Positions 26,006 to 38,854 of a stretch of 64,000 nucleotides of DNA are shown one piece after another. The translations under genes were made by a program, and so were the position numbers. Position 1 is the first letter of the stretch. Each line of letters opens with the position of its first letter. The notes beneath the pieces are model-generated. The model saw only the letters and a program-made list of their open reading frames with translations, did no database searches and had not been told where the DNA came from. This stretch comes from Chara braunii. Its lineage: Eukaryota; Plantae; Charophyceae. Location: positions 1,570,138 to 1,634,137 of the forward strand of contig BFEA01000031.1 of NCBI GenBank assembly GCA_003427395.1, in the 5' to 3' direction.

Positions 26006-29000
26006 ATGGAAATTGTGGAATCCTCAGATACGATTGGCGGGAGCGTGAATGTTGCTGCCTCTGCACGCGGACGTTGGATATCATCAGACGGTGACGAGAT
26101 CGATCAGGTAGCTATGGCCATCAACAGTGGCATGGATCCATCGCCGCCCTCGCCTCCCTCCCGCTCCTCTTCCCTCGCTGTCTCTGCCGATTGGGCGATG
26201 ACGAGTCTTGCTACTATCTCCTCTCTCCTGACACGAATGTCGGAGACTCATGGTAAAGTGTTGGTTCACCGGTTCTCGTGCAAGCTGCTGAGCGACTATG
26301 TTCAACGTCTGTTGCCTCTGGTTCGTGAGCTGGCCGCGGCGGACCCATTCGCCACAGCCAAATACACCTCTGAACTTGCAGGTCTCCAGTCGAGCCTCCA
26401 TTCGGCAATGGTGTTAGTTGAGGGTTGCACTCATATCTTCTACGTGTGGCGTCTTGTCAAGGAGCGTGAACCCTTCCCCGAGTTCAAGACGATCAGCAGG
26501 AGCATTGATCGCTCAATCGGACGGTCAGGGGCGCTTCTCGCGGTGCAAACGGTGTCAGTGACGACACGTCAGGGGATCGAGGACCTGCGGCGCGCATTGA
26601 AGATCGTACGGTATGGGCTCGATGAGATGGATAGGCGGTTGCTTGAGGCGTACAGCGAAACTCCACACCACCAGACGACCGTTATGGCTACGTGGCGCCA
26701 GCGGTGGCAGCATGCCAGGCGCAACCCCCGTGGGGCCACCATAGCTCCTCAGCCTTGGGCAAGATCAATCAGGGGGGTAATGGGGAGGGTTGGCTGGGCA
26801 GGACCGGATCCTCGAAGCCGTAGATCGCTGATGATGCAGCCGGGAATAAGAGTGTTTGGGCAAGACGAAGAAGTAGAGGAGGCGAGAGAAGAGGAGGTGG
26901 CACGAGATGCGGAGGAGGAGGAGGAGGATGAGGAGGAAGATGTGGAAGAGGAGGAAGCGGCGGCTGAAGAGGAAGACGACGATGCGGACGAACAAGGGCA
27001 CGGAGATGAAGCGGGCGGCGGCGACGAAGAAGACGGAGGAGAGCGCGGGTGGGGCGAAGAAGAGCGGTTTGTGAACAGATTGATGCAGTTCATGGCACGG
27101 ATGGAAAAGACGAATACGAGCTACGTGCTGCGTCTCGAATGGGAGAAGGAGGCGCAGGCTTTGTCCTCGGCTATGGCGGAAGCGAGGATGGGCGGGCATC
27201 AAGACGACGCCGAACAGATAGCGAAGCTGGTGCTGGCAATCGGAGTCGTGCGCGATAGGCGTGCAAGGGAGCGATCCCGACGACGGATCCGATCTAACGA
27301 GAACGTAGGTCTCACATCCAACGGTCTATATTCCGTCGATTTCATTCCCAATGCCGGGGCCGTGACTTCGGGCGGGGTTTCCACGGCGGCAGCAGCAGCA
27401 GCAGCCGCCGCTGTCGGCGCTGAGGTCGTTGACCAGAGGACGACGAGGAGGAGGACGAGGAGGTGGAGGATTCTCAGTAGCGATGATGCAAATGATTTGA
27501 ATAGAGAAGGTTGGGAGGGAGGAGGATCAGACGGGGAAGAGGAGGAAGAAGTCGAGGAGGAGGAGGAGGAGGAGGAAGAAGAAGAAGACGGAGACGAAGA
27601 GGAAGGCGAAGAAGAAGAGGAGGAAGGGGAAGAAGAGGAAGAAGAAGAGGAAGAAGAAGAAGCAGAAGGAGAAGAAGAAGCCGCAATCACGTCAACGTCT
27701 GGCGGAGCTATGGCAGGTTCGCTTAGTCGTCTGGCCGACGATCCGAGTTGGGACCTCGATTACCTACCTTCTCCTCCCAAAGAGTATCTTTGTCCAATTA
27801 CGTTAGAATTAATGAGAGACCCCGTTGTTTTGGAGACGGGTATTTCGTACGATCGAAGGGCTATAGAGGAGCATTTCCGCTGTGGATACCGTACCTGTCC
27901 TGTCACCAATCTTCCTCTCAGCTCCTGCAAGCCCTTTCCAAATTTTGGCCTTCGAACGGTTATTCATAATTGGCATGCCGCTGCCATCACTAGTAATAAC
28001 CTGGGGTTACCCCAGACTGCCTCTCCTCCGCCGTCCGTGCCTGTTCCTAATCACCCCCCTTGTGCTCCTCCTCCTCCTACACGTAATAGTGCAAATCCGA
28101 TTACTCTCCCTTGCCCGCCTGCTACTCCTTCCCCTCTGGCTAGTCCTATTTGTCCGCCTTCTCCCTCTCCGCCTTCTCCTTCACCTAACGCTCCCCCTTC
28201 TCCCTGTCCGACTTCTCCTCCTCCTAATTCTTCCCCTTCTCCCTCTCCGTCTTCTCCTTCACCTAAGTCTCCCCTTCCCCTTTCTCCTCCGTCTCCGACC
28301 TTTCCTTCACCCACATCCCCTCCGTCTGCATCTCCTGCGCGCACTTCTCCCTCACCTGAGTCTTCTCCGCTTACGTCTCCCCCGTCTACTTCTTCTCCGC
28401 CTCGCCGTGCTTCTTCCCGTGCTCGGTGCGATTCCCCCCTTGCAACTGTTTCCCAATCACTTCCTTCGTCGTTGTCTTTTTCCGCCTCCGCCGCCGCTTC
28501 CGCCCGTGCAACTACGTTTCGTGTCAGTTCTTCCCTGTCGGATATGCGCAATGTCAAGCCAGTTAGTAATACGAGCAGGCTGCTGTCTGTCGAGGTGTCC
28601 TCGTCCTCTCGTGCGGTTCGCATGCGCGATGGCGCGGAAGGGCGCGGAGGCGCGGAAGTGGAGTCGGCACCTTCCGAACGATCGGCATCTGGCAATGCCT
28701 TGCGCTTTCGGGGGGAAAGCGATCGGTTTGTCGCTCCGTCGGCTGGGGCGTACTCGGCCTCCTCCGCGAGTCAAGGGGGGGGAGAAATGCTCTGCAATCA
28801 TTGCCGTCAGCGATCGCTCGATTCACTGACACGGAGGTCAGCGTGGGCACGGGAGCAGGGGTGTTCCATATCAGCAGAGAGGTCTGCATTTCCAGGACGT
28901 GTTGAGAGGGCTGCATTTCCAGGACGTGTTGATAACGTTCCCTCCTCGACGACCGTAATCGTGGATGCGTCGAGGGCAAGAGCTGGTCCTGGGTTAATTC

Positions 29001-30070
29001 CAAGCGAGACTTGTAGATCGCGAAGGTCACAGTCGACGACGACGACGCCGGAATTTACGCCCATTAGTGACGATGGGAGTGGGTACGAGGGCGACATTGT
29101 GGAAGAAAATGTGACGGTAGTAATCGTCAGAAGAGGAGCAGCAGGAGTAGCAGGAGGAGGAGGAGAAGCAGGAGCAGGAGAAGCAAGAGGAGTCATGGTA
29201 GTAAAGGGGGGAGTAGGAGGAGGAGGAGGAGGAGGAGGAGGAGGAGGAGCACGAGGAGGAGGAGGGGAAGGAGCACGAGCAGGAGAAGCAAGCGTCATGG
29301 TAGTAAAGGGAGTAGGAGGAGGAGGAGGAAGAGGAGGAGCAGGAGCAGGAGAAGCAAGAGGAGTCATGGTAGTAAAGGGAGGACTAGGAGGAGGAGGAGG
29401 AGGAGGAGGAGGAGGAGGAGGAGGAAGAGGGGGTCGCTATGGACGGGGCGACGATGACGATGCCGGATTAGCAGCAGATAGCTTGTCGACGGGAGCGGTG
29501 GCATCTTCAGCAGCGTTGTCTCTGTCTGTGATCCGGGCGTCCGTAGCCGCGGGTGCATCGTCTGCGGCAGCAGCACCTACCTCTCTCGAGGAGGCGGGGG
29601 CGGTTGGCCTGCCCCCATCTCCGAAAGTGAGGACCGTGAGTTATTGGCAGCGGCTGGGGCGGCACGTGTGGGGCCCACATTCGCCCGGCTCAGAAGGGGC
29701 AGGTCGACGTGGAGCAAACACCGACGCGGAAGGACAGGTGGGTGAGCGTAATCCATCTTGTCGCAGCGAGTGCGGAGGTGAAGTGCCGGCCCTCCAGCGG
29801 ACCGAACCGGAGCAGAGGGGTTGCTTCTCTCCCCTCCACCGCCGCTCCTACTTCCGCTCTGCTCCCCATGTTGGACAAGACCGTGGTCATCATCATCGCG
29901 ACGTGGATCGCGATCGGGACGGTGAACGTGCCAGAGAGAGCGAGAACGATAAGTGTTCCAGCGGAGCCAGGAGCACAGTGGATGGCAGAGAAGAAAGGGT
30001 AGATGGTGGATCTGGCGGTCTTCCAGTCAACAGCCCTAGCGACGAGGACGCGCACGAGGGCGCGGCGTAG
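26006..30070 (+). CDS. Plant U-box (PUB)-type E3 ubiquitin ligase, 1354 aa: N-terminal UND-like helical domain, acidic tracts, U-box, Pro/Ser- and Gly-rich tail
   Basis: Single ATG-initiated 4-kb ORF. Canonical U-box PPKEYLCPITLELMRDPVVLETGISYDRRAIEEHFRCGYRTCPVTNLPL...PNFGLRTVIHNW at ~27773-27976. The N-terminal segment (HRFSCKLLSDYVQRLLPLVREL...LHSAMVLVEGC...WRLVK) resembles the U-box N-terminal domain of PUBs. Confidence 0.9.
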   Translation: MEIVESSDTIGGSVNVAASARGRWISSDGDEIDQVAMAINSGMDPSPPSPPSRSSSLAVSADWAMTSLATISSLLTRMSETHGKVLVHRFSCKLLSDYVQRLLPLVRELAAADPFATAKYTSELAGLQSSLHSAMVLVEGCTHIFYVWRLVKEREPFPEFKTISRSIDRSIGRSGALLAVQTVSVTTRQGIEDLRRALKIVRYGLDEMDRRLLEAYSETPHHQTTVMATWRQRWQHARRNPRGATIAPQPWARSIRGVMGRVGWAGPDPRSRRSLMMQPGIRVFGQDEEVEEAREEEVARDAEEEEEDEEEDVEEEEAAAEEEDDDADEQGHGDEAGGGDEEDGGERGWGEEERFVNRLMQFMARMEKTNTSYVLRLEWEKEAQALSSAMAEARMGGHQDDAEQIAKLVLAIGVVRDRRARERSRRRIRSNENVGLTSNGLYSVDFIPNAGAVTSGGVSTAAAAAAAAAVGAEVVDQRTTRRRTRRWRILSSDDANDLNREGWEGGGSDGEEEEEVEEEEEEEEEEEDGDEEEGEEEEEEGEEEEEEEEEEEAEGEEEAAITSTSGGAMAGSLSRLADDPSWDLDYLPSPPKEYLCPITLELMRDPVVLETGISYDRRAIEEHFRCGYRTCPVTNLPLSSCKPFPNFGLRTVIHNWHAAAITSNNLGLPQTASPPPSVPVPNHPPCAPPPPTRNSANPITLPCPPATPSPLASPICPPSPSPPSPSPNAPPSPCPTSPPPNSSPSPSPSSPSPKSPLPLSPPSPTFPSPTSPPSASPARTSPSPESSPLTSPPSTSSPPRRASSRARCDSPLATVSQSLPSSLSFSASAAASARATTFRVSSSLSDMRNVKPVSNTSRLLSVEVSSSSRAVRMRDGAEGRGGAEVESAPSERSASGNALRFRGESDRFVAPSAGAYSASSASQGGGEMLCNHCRQRSLDSLTRRSAWAREQGCSISAERSAFPGRVERAAFPGRVDNVPSSTTVIVDASRARAGPGLIPSETCRSRRSQSTTTTPEFTPISDDGSGYEGDIVEENVTVVIVRRGAAGVAGGGGEAGAGEARGVMVVKGGVGGGGGGGGGGGARGGGGEGARAGEASVMVVKGVGGGGGRGGAGAGEARGVMVVKGGLGGGGGGGGGGGGGRGGRYGRGDDDDAGLAADSLSTGAVASSAALSLSVIRASVAAGASSAAAAPTSLEEAGAVGLPPSPKVRTVSYWQRLGRHVWGPHSPGSEGAGRRGANTDAEGQVGERNPSCRSECGGEVPALQRTEPEQRGCFSPLHRRSYFRSAPHVGQDRGHHHRDVDRDRDGERARESENDKCSSGARSTVDGREERVDGGSGGLPVNSPSDEDAHEGAA

Positions 30071-33000
30071 GGGGGCTTCAACGGTAGGTGGTCGAGATCG
30101 GGGGAAGGGAGGGCAGCCTCGGCCGCGATGGTGCCGTTAAGAGTGGGCGCGGGAGCGGGGGATGCCGCTGCTGAAGAGATGGTGTCACCGGCATCCTCCG
30201 CTGATGCGGCGGGATGGAGCGGAGGGGGCGGCGGGATGGACGTGCGGAGGCCGGGGGAAAGGGGAGCGGGGGAACATCATCTCCTGTCGTGGGAGGAGGG
30301 TTGTTCACGAACGCTCGTGCAAGGAGTGGTTGGTGGCGCGTCATCATTTCGATCCGCAGTAGGGTCAGAAGAGGGGGTGCCATCAAGAATCGTCGAGGAG
30401 GGGGGGTGGAGGCGGTCAACGGCGCATCCTCCACGTCAGCCCATTCTTCCCAAGGCGGCCAGCGTCGCAGTGCCGCCGGAGACCACCAGTGCGATGGGTA
30501 CGACGCCGGTGGAGGGGCAGAAGGAATCGGGGTCGGGGTCGGCGTCGGCGTCGGTATCATCAGGGTCGGGATCGCGATCAGGGCGCCGAGACCGGCTTCT
30601 GCATCGCTCATCGGCTTTGTATTCGTTGCTCTTCTTCGGCGGTAGCAGACAAAGTCCACGTCGATCAGAAGAAGCGAATGTGAATGTGTGTCGGTGATCG
30701 GACGGCGGATGGTTTGCCCGGAATCCAGTCTAGACTAATACGGTGGGTGGACGTACTTCTGTACACAGTGACACGTGGCAGCCCAGCCAACGCGCCCATG
30801 GGGAGTAATGTGATTACCTTGGAGAGACATTTCATACGATTAGGTAGTACTGGCGTTCATTTTNTTTTTTTTTGGGGGGGTGGGGGAGGATGTGGCGGAC
30901 GGAAGGCGGGGGGCGGTGAGACCTTCCTATAGCTTCCCACCTTTCTCCATTACTTCCTCTCCGTTCTATTCTTGTNNNNNNNNNNNNNNNNNNNNNNNNN
31001 NNNNNNNNNNNGGGGGGCGGGGATTTCTCTACAACCTCTTTGCACTCTCCTTTTTCTTTTTTTCTTATGATTTCGTTTCGGAGTTCTCCTTTCCTTGGTT
31101 GTTTCCCCACGCTCTTTTTGGCTCTTTCTCCCTCTTCTGCTTTGGTGTGCGCTCCTCTTTTCTTTGTATGTCCTTTCTTCTCTCTGTCGCAGCTCTTCGC
31201 CGCAGCTGGAAGTTTCTCTTTTCCTCTTTGTCCAGGCATTACGACGCCTCTGCATCGCCTTTGCACTGGCTTTGGGCCTCTCTCCCTCCACGGCTCACCG
31301 CATGCGCACAAAAAACAAGAAATATGGTATGGTGGTGTGCACCTTTCCATGTTTTACATTTGGTGAGTAGCGGAGCGTGGGCCTCGAAATATGGTATGGT
31401 GGTGTGCATCTTTCCATGTTTTAGCCGAAGAGTCAGCCTCATTTTGCACATTTGGTGAGTAGCGGAGCGTGTGCGAGGCCCTTCGCATCGCATTTCGCGG
31501 CTTCTTTTTTTTTTCCTGTTTTCTGCATTTCACTCGTTTATTGACTGTTTCAGCAGGAGGAGGTGCATCATGGCGTCCGAGCTTCAGAATGTAAAGGGGG
31601 GAGAGAGGATTACGTGGAGAGAGAGGATTACGTGCTTACTTGATTGACACGGCAGCGAGCGAGAAGCGTCTCCAGAAGTTTCCCGCCTCTTTTTCTTTTA
31701 TATTGCTCTCCTTTTTTTTCGGTGAAAGAGAGGGGAGGGGGGGGGGGGGGAGGTGGAGAGAGAGAGGATTATGCAGTATTGCTTTCCAATCCAGTGGTCT
31801 TCGTGCCCGTTTTCTTCTTCCTTTCCTTGTTTGGCTTCTTTGGGTTTTGTTTATTATGGCTTTTTTTTTTGTTTGTTTTAAGCGACGCCTGTTCTGTTTT
31901 GTCGCCCTCGTTCTCTCTCGGAATTTGTGTAAGTGCTCGCTCTTTTGTTAGTCTTTTTCATTTTCTTCTTTTTCTCTCGTTTTTTTTTTGTTAGTCTTTT
32001 TCATATTCTTCTTTTTCTCTCGTTTTTTTTGGTTAGTCTTTTTCATTTTCTTCTTTTTCTCTCCTTTTTTTTGTTACTCTTTTTCATTTTCTTTTTTTTC
32101 TCTCCTTTTTTTTTTTAGTTTTTTTTCGTTCGCTTTTTTTTCTCTCCTTTGTTTTTGCCATTTTCGTTGTCTTCTTTTTCTCTCTTTTTTTTTTTNTNTT
32201 TTTCATCTTCTTCTTTTTCTCTTTTTTTTTTTTTGTTTTTGGCTGCTTTGAACGCTGCCTGCCTGGTTTTGGCCGCCTTTGTTTTTTTGGCTCTCTCTCT
32301 GTGCAAATTCGTCCGGAAGTCCGCTCCGTCGCTGATCAGTTTTGCTTGCCGGGGTCACTATTTACCTAAGTAACTAACTTTTTTTTTTTTTTTTTTCCCA
32401 TCTTCAGAAAATATACAGAGGAGGAAGAAGATAGCTGTCTCTCCTCTTCTTCAGAATACGATCATGTTATGATACGTGAAATACGGATGAGGCAGACGAT
32501 GTCTCTCTCTCTCTCTCTCTCTCTCGGGTTCCGTGTTATAGTTTCTACCACCCTGTCCAAACAAGACTCTTCTCTCCTTGGTCACTTTTTTTTTTTTTTT
32601 TCTCGTCATTTTTTTTGGTTTCCTGTTTCTTTTTTTTTTCGCTCATATTTCATGATCACGTAGATTTTATCATTTTATCATTTGAACGATTTGCTCGCCG
32701 CCGATCCCGAAGGCGGCCAGCGGGAAATCGGAAGAAAGCGTAGTAGTGACAGCGAAGAAGATTTGTTGCTGTCTTCTTCGGTTTTAGGCGGTCGTCTCGA
32801 TTCTTTGGAGACGAAAGTAGATGTTCACTTTGGACGGATCTTTCTTTTTTTTTTTTCCCTCGCGCTTTGCCTTGTGGTGCCATCCTCGCGCTCGCTGATG
32901 CCTTAGTTTTTTTTGCAGCAACATAATCGGAAGAAATCGCAAAAGAAACAATCGAAATCCAAGGACACAAAGAAATGAAAAGAAGTGAAATCGAAATCCG

Positions 33001-33247
33001 AAGACGTCGAAACATATCCATCCAAAAGAAAGCAAATGCCAAGTCCGCCAGTCACTTGTCTAGGATTTGAGCTTGCATCAAAGTTGTTCTGTTCCTATGC
33101 GGTTACTTCACTCTTAAGGATTGCGCTATTGTCCCGTTACGTTGATCAGATCCCTTACTTTTTTTCTTTTTTTTTTCCCCTTCCCCTCCATTCCCCCCTC
33201 TCCCCCCTCACGTTAGTCTCCGTCTTGTTCTCTCCTATTTCTAATGA

Positions 33248-33320
<73 letters not shown>

Positions 33321-34261
33321 CTTTCAAGATTACTCTCTTTCTCTCTCTTTCTTTTGACGTGTTTACGCTGCTCGGTCACATGTAAAATCCGGTTGTTTTA
33401 TGACCTGATTATCATTCGGTTCCTCGTCTTCGCTCCTCGGCGAAGATCATGCCTACTATTCGGGAAAGACGGTTGGCTTTTCGACAGGACAACAACTAAA
33501 ATTACCAGTCCAGTGATCAACGCGATGAGAAAGACGTTTTTTCTGTATAATTGCCAATCAATGGGAGCGAGAGGGTTCAGCCAATCAATGGGAGCGAGAG
33601 GGTTCAGCCAATCAATCGGAGCCGTTTTCCGCGTAATTGGGTATTACGAAGAGGGGGACTGATCGAGGCTTACAATGATCAGCGAACGCGATTTACGACA
33701 GGCTGTCTGATCGACTTGTTGGGCGACCGGTAGTCGAACGACGTCCTCTGACAACCAGTCGTCTCGATCGAGCTCAAAATCGCTCTTCAGCAAAATAGGG
33801 GTTTGTTGTTTTGTCGCTGTTCGGCAGAATTGGGATTTTGGGATTTGATTTGCAGCAGAGTGTGATAGATAACGGTCTTTTTCATCTTGACCCCTGTCCG
33901 GGAAATTGTCAAATATAGATGTTTTCTTACAGAAAGAAAGAAAGAAAGAAATAGCGAGGAGGGCTTAACCATGGTGTTGTCAGCGCAGTTGAATTTCAGA
34001 GATTAGTTCGTAGGGGGTTACGAATCTTGTTGATTTCGGTTGACGTCAGCCGTCTTCACGGGCGTTTCTGTCCGGTGTATTTCATTTCTGTTTGTGTGAC
34101 AGTCTCCGATTCTGAGAGCTCTCGGGGTTGATTGTTAACTGGAGTTTTTGAGATAATACTTTCTTGTCAAAGTGGACTTGTTGAGATCCAACCTCGTTGA
34201 GACCTATTCCCTACCTGAACGATATTCGAGTGTGTGTGCATGTGCGGATGTGTGGACACAC

Positions 34262-34324
<63 letters not shown>

Positions 34325-34345
34325 CCGCATTTGTTGTGTACGTGG

Positions 34346-34393
<48 letters not shown>

Positions 34394-34419
34394 TGTCGCA
34401 TTTGTTGTGTGTGCGTGGC

Positions 34420-34454
<35 letters not shown>

Positions 34455-35034
34455 TGTGTCGCATTTGTTGTGTGTGCGTGGCCTCGCTTTTCTCTCCGCT
34501 CGGCAAATGCATAGGAGGCATTTGGGCAAATCCGATGACAACACTTGGACAGAGGTATGGTGGTGAGCGGTGAGGGAGAGGGAGTACTAGTTGAATATGA
34601 TGATGACACGCGTAAAAGGTGTACGTGGAGTGCACAGTAAGCTTTGACTGAGTGGGTTTCGAAAACGACTGAAGGTGGATGAGATTAAGACAAAAAAAAA
34701 AGTGGATGAGACACGTAGGCAACGGAGGACCGTCTTTCCAGACCACTTACTGTACGACGATGGTGGTTGGGATCCTGTTGATGATTTCCTCCTGCTATGG
34801 ACATACATATCTATATACCTGTCTCTCTCTCCCTCTCTCTCTCTAAATGTCGATATGGCAATAAGGTAGACAGTCACACAGACAAAGGCTAGGAGAGATT
34901 AACTGTGATGATTTGCTGTGGCTTCTGTTGTTGGGTATGCCTATGATCCTGTCCTCCGAAGGCTGCTCTACGATGAAACAAAATGAGATGTGCAAGGTAC
35001 TGAGGTCTCCTGGAAAGGGAGGAGCCACCACTAA

Positions 35035-35426
35035 GGGCCTCGCCACACCACTCTCGAAACGCGAAATTTTTTTGAGAGTTGTCAGACTTTTTCGAGAGTA
35101 GGGTTTTCGAGAGTTGAGGCGCTTTCGCCACACAGCACTCTAGAAAGGGCGATGGTGTTGGACAAAAGATGAAAAACGACAGGTTTGTCTTTTCCGAATG
35201 GAGTCAGGATAACGGCCAGACAGCTCTCGAAAATAGAGTCCCTCAAGGGTTCCGCCGAGGACGCTTGAAAACGCACGAGTTGCAGGCTGGGCGTTTAGGA
35301 GTTTCGAGAGTTGACTCTCGAAACAAGGTCTGTCGAAAGAGTTTTCGGGCCACAACTCTCAAGTGGCTGTGTGGCGACGGCTCCAACTCTCGAAAACCGG
35401 GTTTCAAGAGTGGTCTGGCGAGGCCC
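35035..35426. mobile_element. PIF/Harbinger (Tourist-like) MITE
   Basis: TIRs GGGCCTCGCCACACCACTCTCGAAA / TTTCAAGAGTGGTCTGGCGAGGCCC, TAA on both flanks, internal CTCTCGAAA subterminal repeats. Confidence 0.85.
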
Positions 35427-38400
35427 TAAAGCGAATGCCCGTCCTCTTCTCGTTCCCCTGTGCCTTCCTCTCCTCCCCAGCGGCTTCTCCCTTAGCCCAA
35501 TGTTTTTTTCCCGCTTTCCCTCCAGGGTGTGCAATGTTTTGTTTTGTTTTTGTTTTTTATTTTTATTTTTATTTTTTTAATTTTAATAATTTGGACCTTT
35601 TTTTTTTTTTTGGAAAGCTTGAACTTATATTGCAAAAATCATTGGAACGAGGCCGGGGACCTCACAATTCAACCCGGGGTTATCCTGGCAGCCTCAGCCA
35701 GTTTCGCTTAGGAACCAAGCTCGACTACTAAACCGATTCTTCAGGATATGCTGGAACCCGGGTCCAGCGTCCCCCTCCTACTATGTAAGCTTTGACGCGC
35801 AGAGTAAAAATGATGAGCTTAACTGATAAAGACAGCTCATTGCCTCTCAAGATATATCCTGTGTACTGAGGCTGGCCCATAAGAGCCCAGTTTTTCCCTT
35901 ACTTCCAATATTCAGACTCAGTAAATTTATGGCTGCCCTGAAAAATTCTTTATGTGCTCACGCAGCCCCCAGCTCATAAAGTCTCAATAGTAGCCCTATC
36001 AGACCTAAGATCGGTCCTGCCGCTACACACAAGCTGCCGTCCAAGTCCAGCTTTTGTAAAAGACGCCGCAAGTGAAAAGGATGTAAGCATTGTGTAGTTA
36101 TAGCTACCGCGGAGCATCCGCCGCCTGTGTTTCTCAACAGGCCCGGTCTTGATGCCACCCGCCTAAGCAGACGGGCTCGGTAGTTCAACATCACAGGTGT
36201 CATTGCTGTAGAAGATGTAGAGTTCGTACTTCACCATAGGGGCTTCGACAGCTTGGCTTGGCTGTGAAAGCAATACCAAAGCCAGCACTCCACGCCCCTG
36301 AAACTGCCGAAGCGCTCACACCGCTGCTGCAGATTCTCCCACTATCTACAACAGCGCCGCTACCGGGAGTACTGGATCGATTCGCACTGGCTCCAGCACA
36401 GACTACACTAAGTTAAATAAGAGTCACCAAACTACCACTCCATCTGGACTGCAAAACACATTCATCTGACCAGAGCCTCAGAATAGACACGACCAGCGCA
36501 GAAAACCATCCAGCCACTGTAGAGAATAAACTACTGTGGAGAGCGGAGCTATGAACCACTGGTCTCAGTTCTGAAAGCGATCCAAACGCAGCGGAGAGGG
36601 GAGACTCGGAGGGCAGCCGTGAACAACGGCTCTCAAACGACAACGATCCTCAGCCACAGTGCAGCGGGGAACAATGAACGACAGATCCCGGTGGACGCGC
36701 TAGGCCTCATGAAATCACGTGAGGAGAATTCACACGACCTTATGAATCTACCCTTGAATACAATATTGGCTAGGTGCATGGTAAGTTCTTAGACAGCAAG
36801 GGACATTAGGATTGACAAGAAGATTTGCACCGAAATACTTCCCAACATCCAACCAGTCAAGAAATGCTACCTGTTATGGCAACCATCCTCGTACAAATCC
36901 TACAGGAGCAGTAGCGAAAGCTTAATGAATCCGGCCTTAATTACCGGCAAATTCATTGAAAACAATCAGCAGATAATTACCGAAGCTCAACCGGCAATTT
37001 AGCAACTCGTCACTGCTAAAATGAACGACTATCCTTGGAATTACAATTAGATACAGATGAAGGGCCACAACTGGATATCTCAAGAATTGATATGACCAAT
37101 GCTCAACAGGCTATCCACAGTGCGCAGGAATTCAGCAGCACCCCTGCAGAGACGTCGACAGTTCTCCGAGGTAGAAGGTTTGTAAAACCAGCCTTGGGGC
37201 GTCGCCGCACGGGACACGAAACGGAAAACGAAACGAGTGAATCTTCCCGCAGAAAATGGCCAGGTTCATCGGTTTGCTACAAATAGTAACGAGTGTATTG
37301 TGCCGCCTTTCGTGGGCAGATGCACTCATTTCGTTTTTGTTTCGTGTGCCGTGCGGTGGGACCCTTGGTCACAGCCAGATACACAGTATGCAGTAAGAAG
37401 CGCCGAGTCAAATTCCACGGAGAGACCAAGCATATGCGTCAGAACAGAACAGACAATTGATGGGGTTGGAGTTAAACTAGTCCTGAGCGTATTGAGGAAA
37501 ATATTACAAAAAAAAGAATAAATCCAACTTCAATATCGACTGCAAAATCAACCACGACAAAGTTCTGCGAAGATCGACAGGTAGGAACAGCCAAAAGGTA
37601 TTGTGGCAGAGTACAGAGCTCTCCAGCCGGACGTGGAAACAAAATGGATCTAGGATGTTAATGTGTCTAGCTTCATACCCTTAACTTCTTGCTCTTCATG
37701 ACATTTCTGCCCTTGCTAGTATCAGCAGCAGTCCCACCGCCTTTGCAAGCTGTCCCACTGCTTCCGCAAGCGCTGCTGCCTTCACTGCTGGCATCCTGAA
37801 GTACTCTCTCGTGCAATAGGAATGATGAGTCCAAGGTTGCTTCTGAACTCTGGCATCGTGACGACTGCCAGACTCTACACAAGATTATGCTGCATGTGGC
37901 CAGAAGATTCGCCAGCTTCGTCCAAAGTCATGTAGGGTACACGGCAACGATCTCCATTCGCCCACGGAGTTTTCAAAGTTTTTCTATGTGATGTTGGGCA
38001 GGGCTGCTAGCATAGCCTTACGCCCCATCATATGCCAGATGGGATGCGCTACGGCCGTCCCCCAGCACCACCAGTGCCCTCGCCACCAGGACGCCCCCAA
38101 AGGAGCGACGACTTCCAACGGCATCACTCCCACCACTGCCCGTAGCTCTCCCACAGCTTAGAGAGTGCTGATGCCCATATAGCAACCGCTGTTATGCACT
38201 GGCCCCCTGGTTGACATTGCACAATAGGCAATTGGTGATAGCAAGGCTAGCAGAGAGCCGGAATCTCCCTATCCCCTGATATCCAACAGGGGCAAACGCA
38301 GTAAAACTATACCATGCGGGAGATGGGGGACGCCTTGAAATTGACGAGTACGACGGCGTCCATCCTATAAGAGGCCAGCTGCTTCCTGCCCCTTGGTCTT

Positions 38401-38663
38401 CCCAAGGGGAAACGCCGTACCAAGCATACCGCGCTGAAGAATGAGGCACGTCCTTAAAAATACCGAAGAAGAAAATGTGCCCCACACACGCCATGTGAGC
38501 AGCAGCAAGCGGCGCAGTAACACGGTAGCACCTCAAGAATACCGATGTTGAGGGCGCTAGCACCTGCGTTAACGCACCTAAGCGCTGTCACGTGGCACGA
38601 CCGGCCTCCGCGGTGCTATTCCAATTGTTTTTGCCGGTGGGATCTCGCCCTGTGCGCAGTCCC

Positions 38664-38768
38664 TTTGGACCATTTTCCGATTTATGCGTGTCATCCTTGA
38701 GTGCGCAGGGGCCATGCTAATCTTCTTTCTCTGTATCGCTCCAATTTTAACGGATGTCCCTAAGGGCA
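38664..38768 (-). ncRNA. U6: U6 snRNA copy, full length but mutated (probable pseudogene)
   Basis: Minus strand GCCCTTAGGGACATCCGTTAAAATTGGAGCGATACAGAGAaagaAGATTAGCATGGCCCCTGCGCActcaAGGATGACACGCATAAATCGGAAAATGGTCCAAA matches plant U6, including the ACAGAGA box and AGC triad. It has two 4-nt insertions and no oligo-T end. Confidence 0.9.
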
Positions 38769-38854
38769 GGGTGTGCAATGTTTTCCTCGAGTATGGGCGA
38801 TTACATTGTGGCAGAGTTAAGAGTTACACTCAGTGGGCTTTTGTGAGGGAGAGA

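Noticed and set aside
26749-30055. Antisense and alternative-frame ORFs within the U-box gene
   Set aside because: Shadows of a GC-rich, repetitive coding sequence.
37917-37953. RNase H-like SHVG-VHGND motif of a LINE
   Set aside because: Needs a frameshift and has no supporting upstream catalytic motifs.
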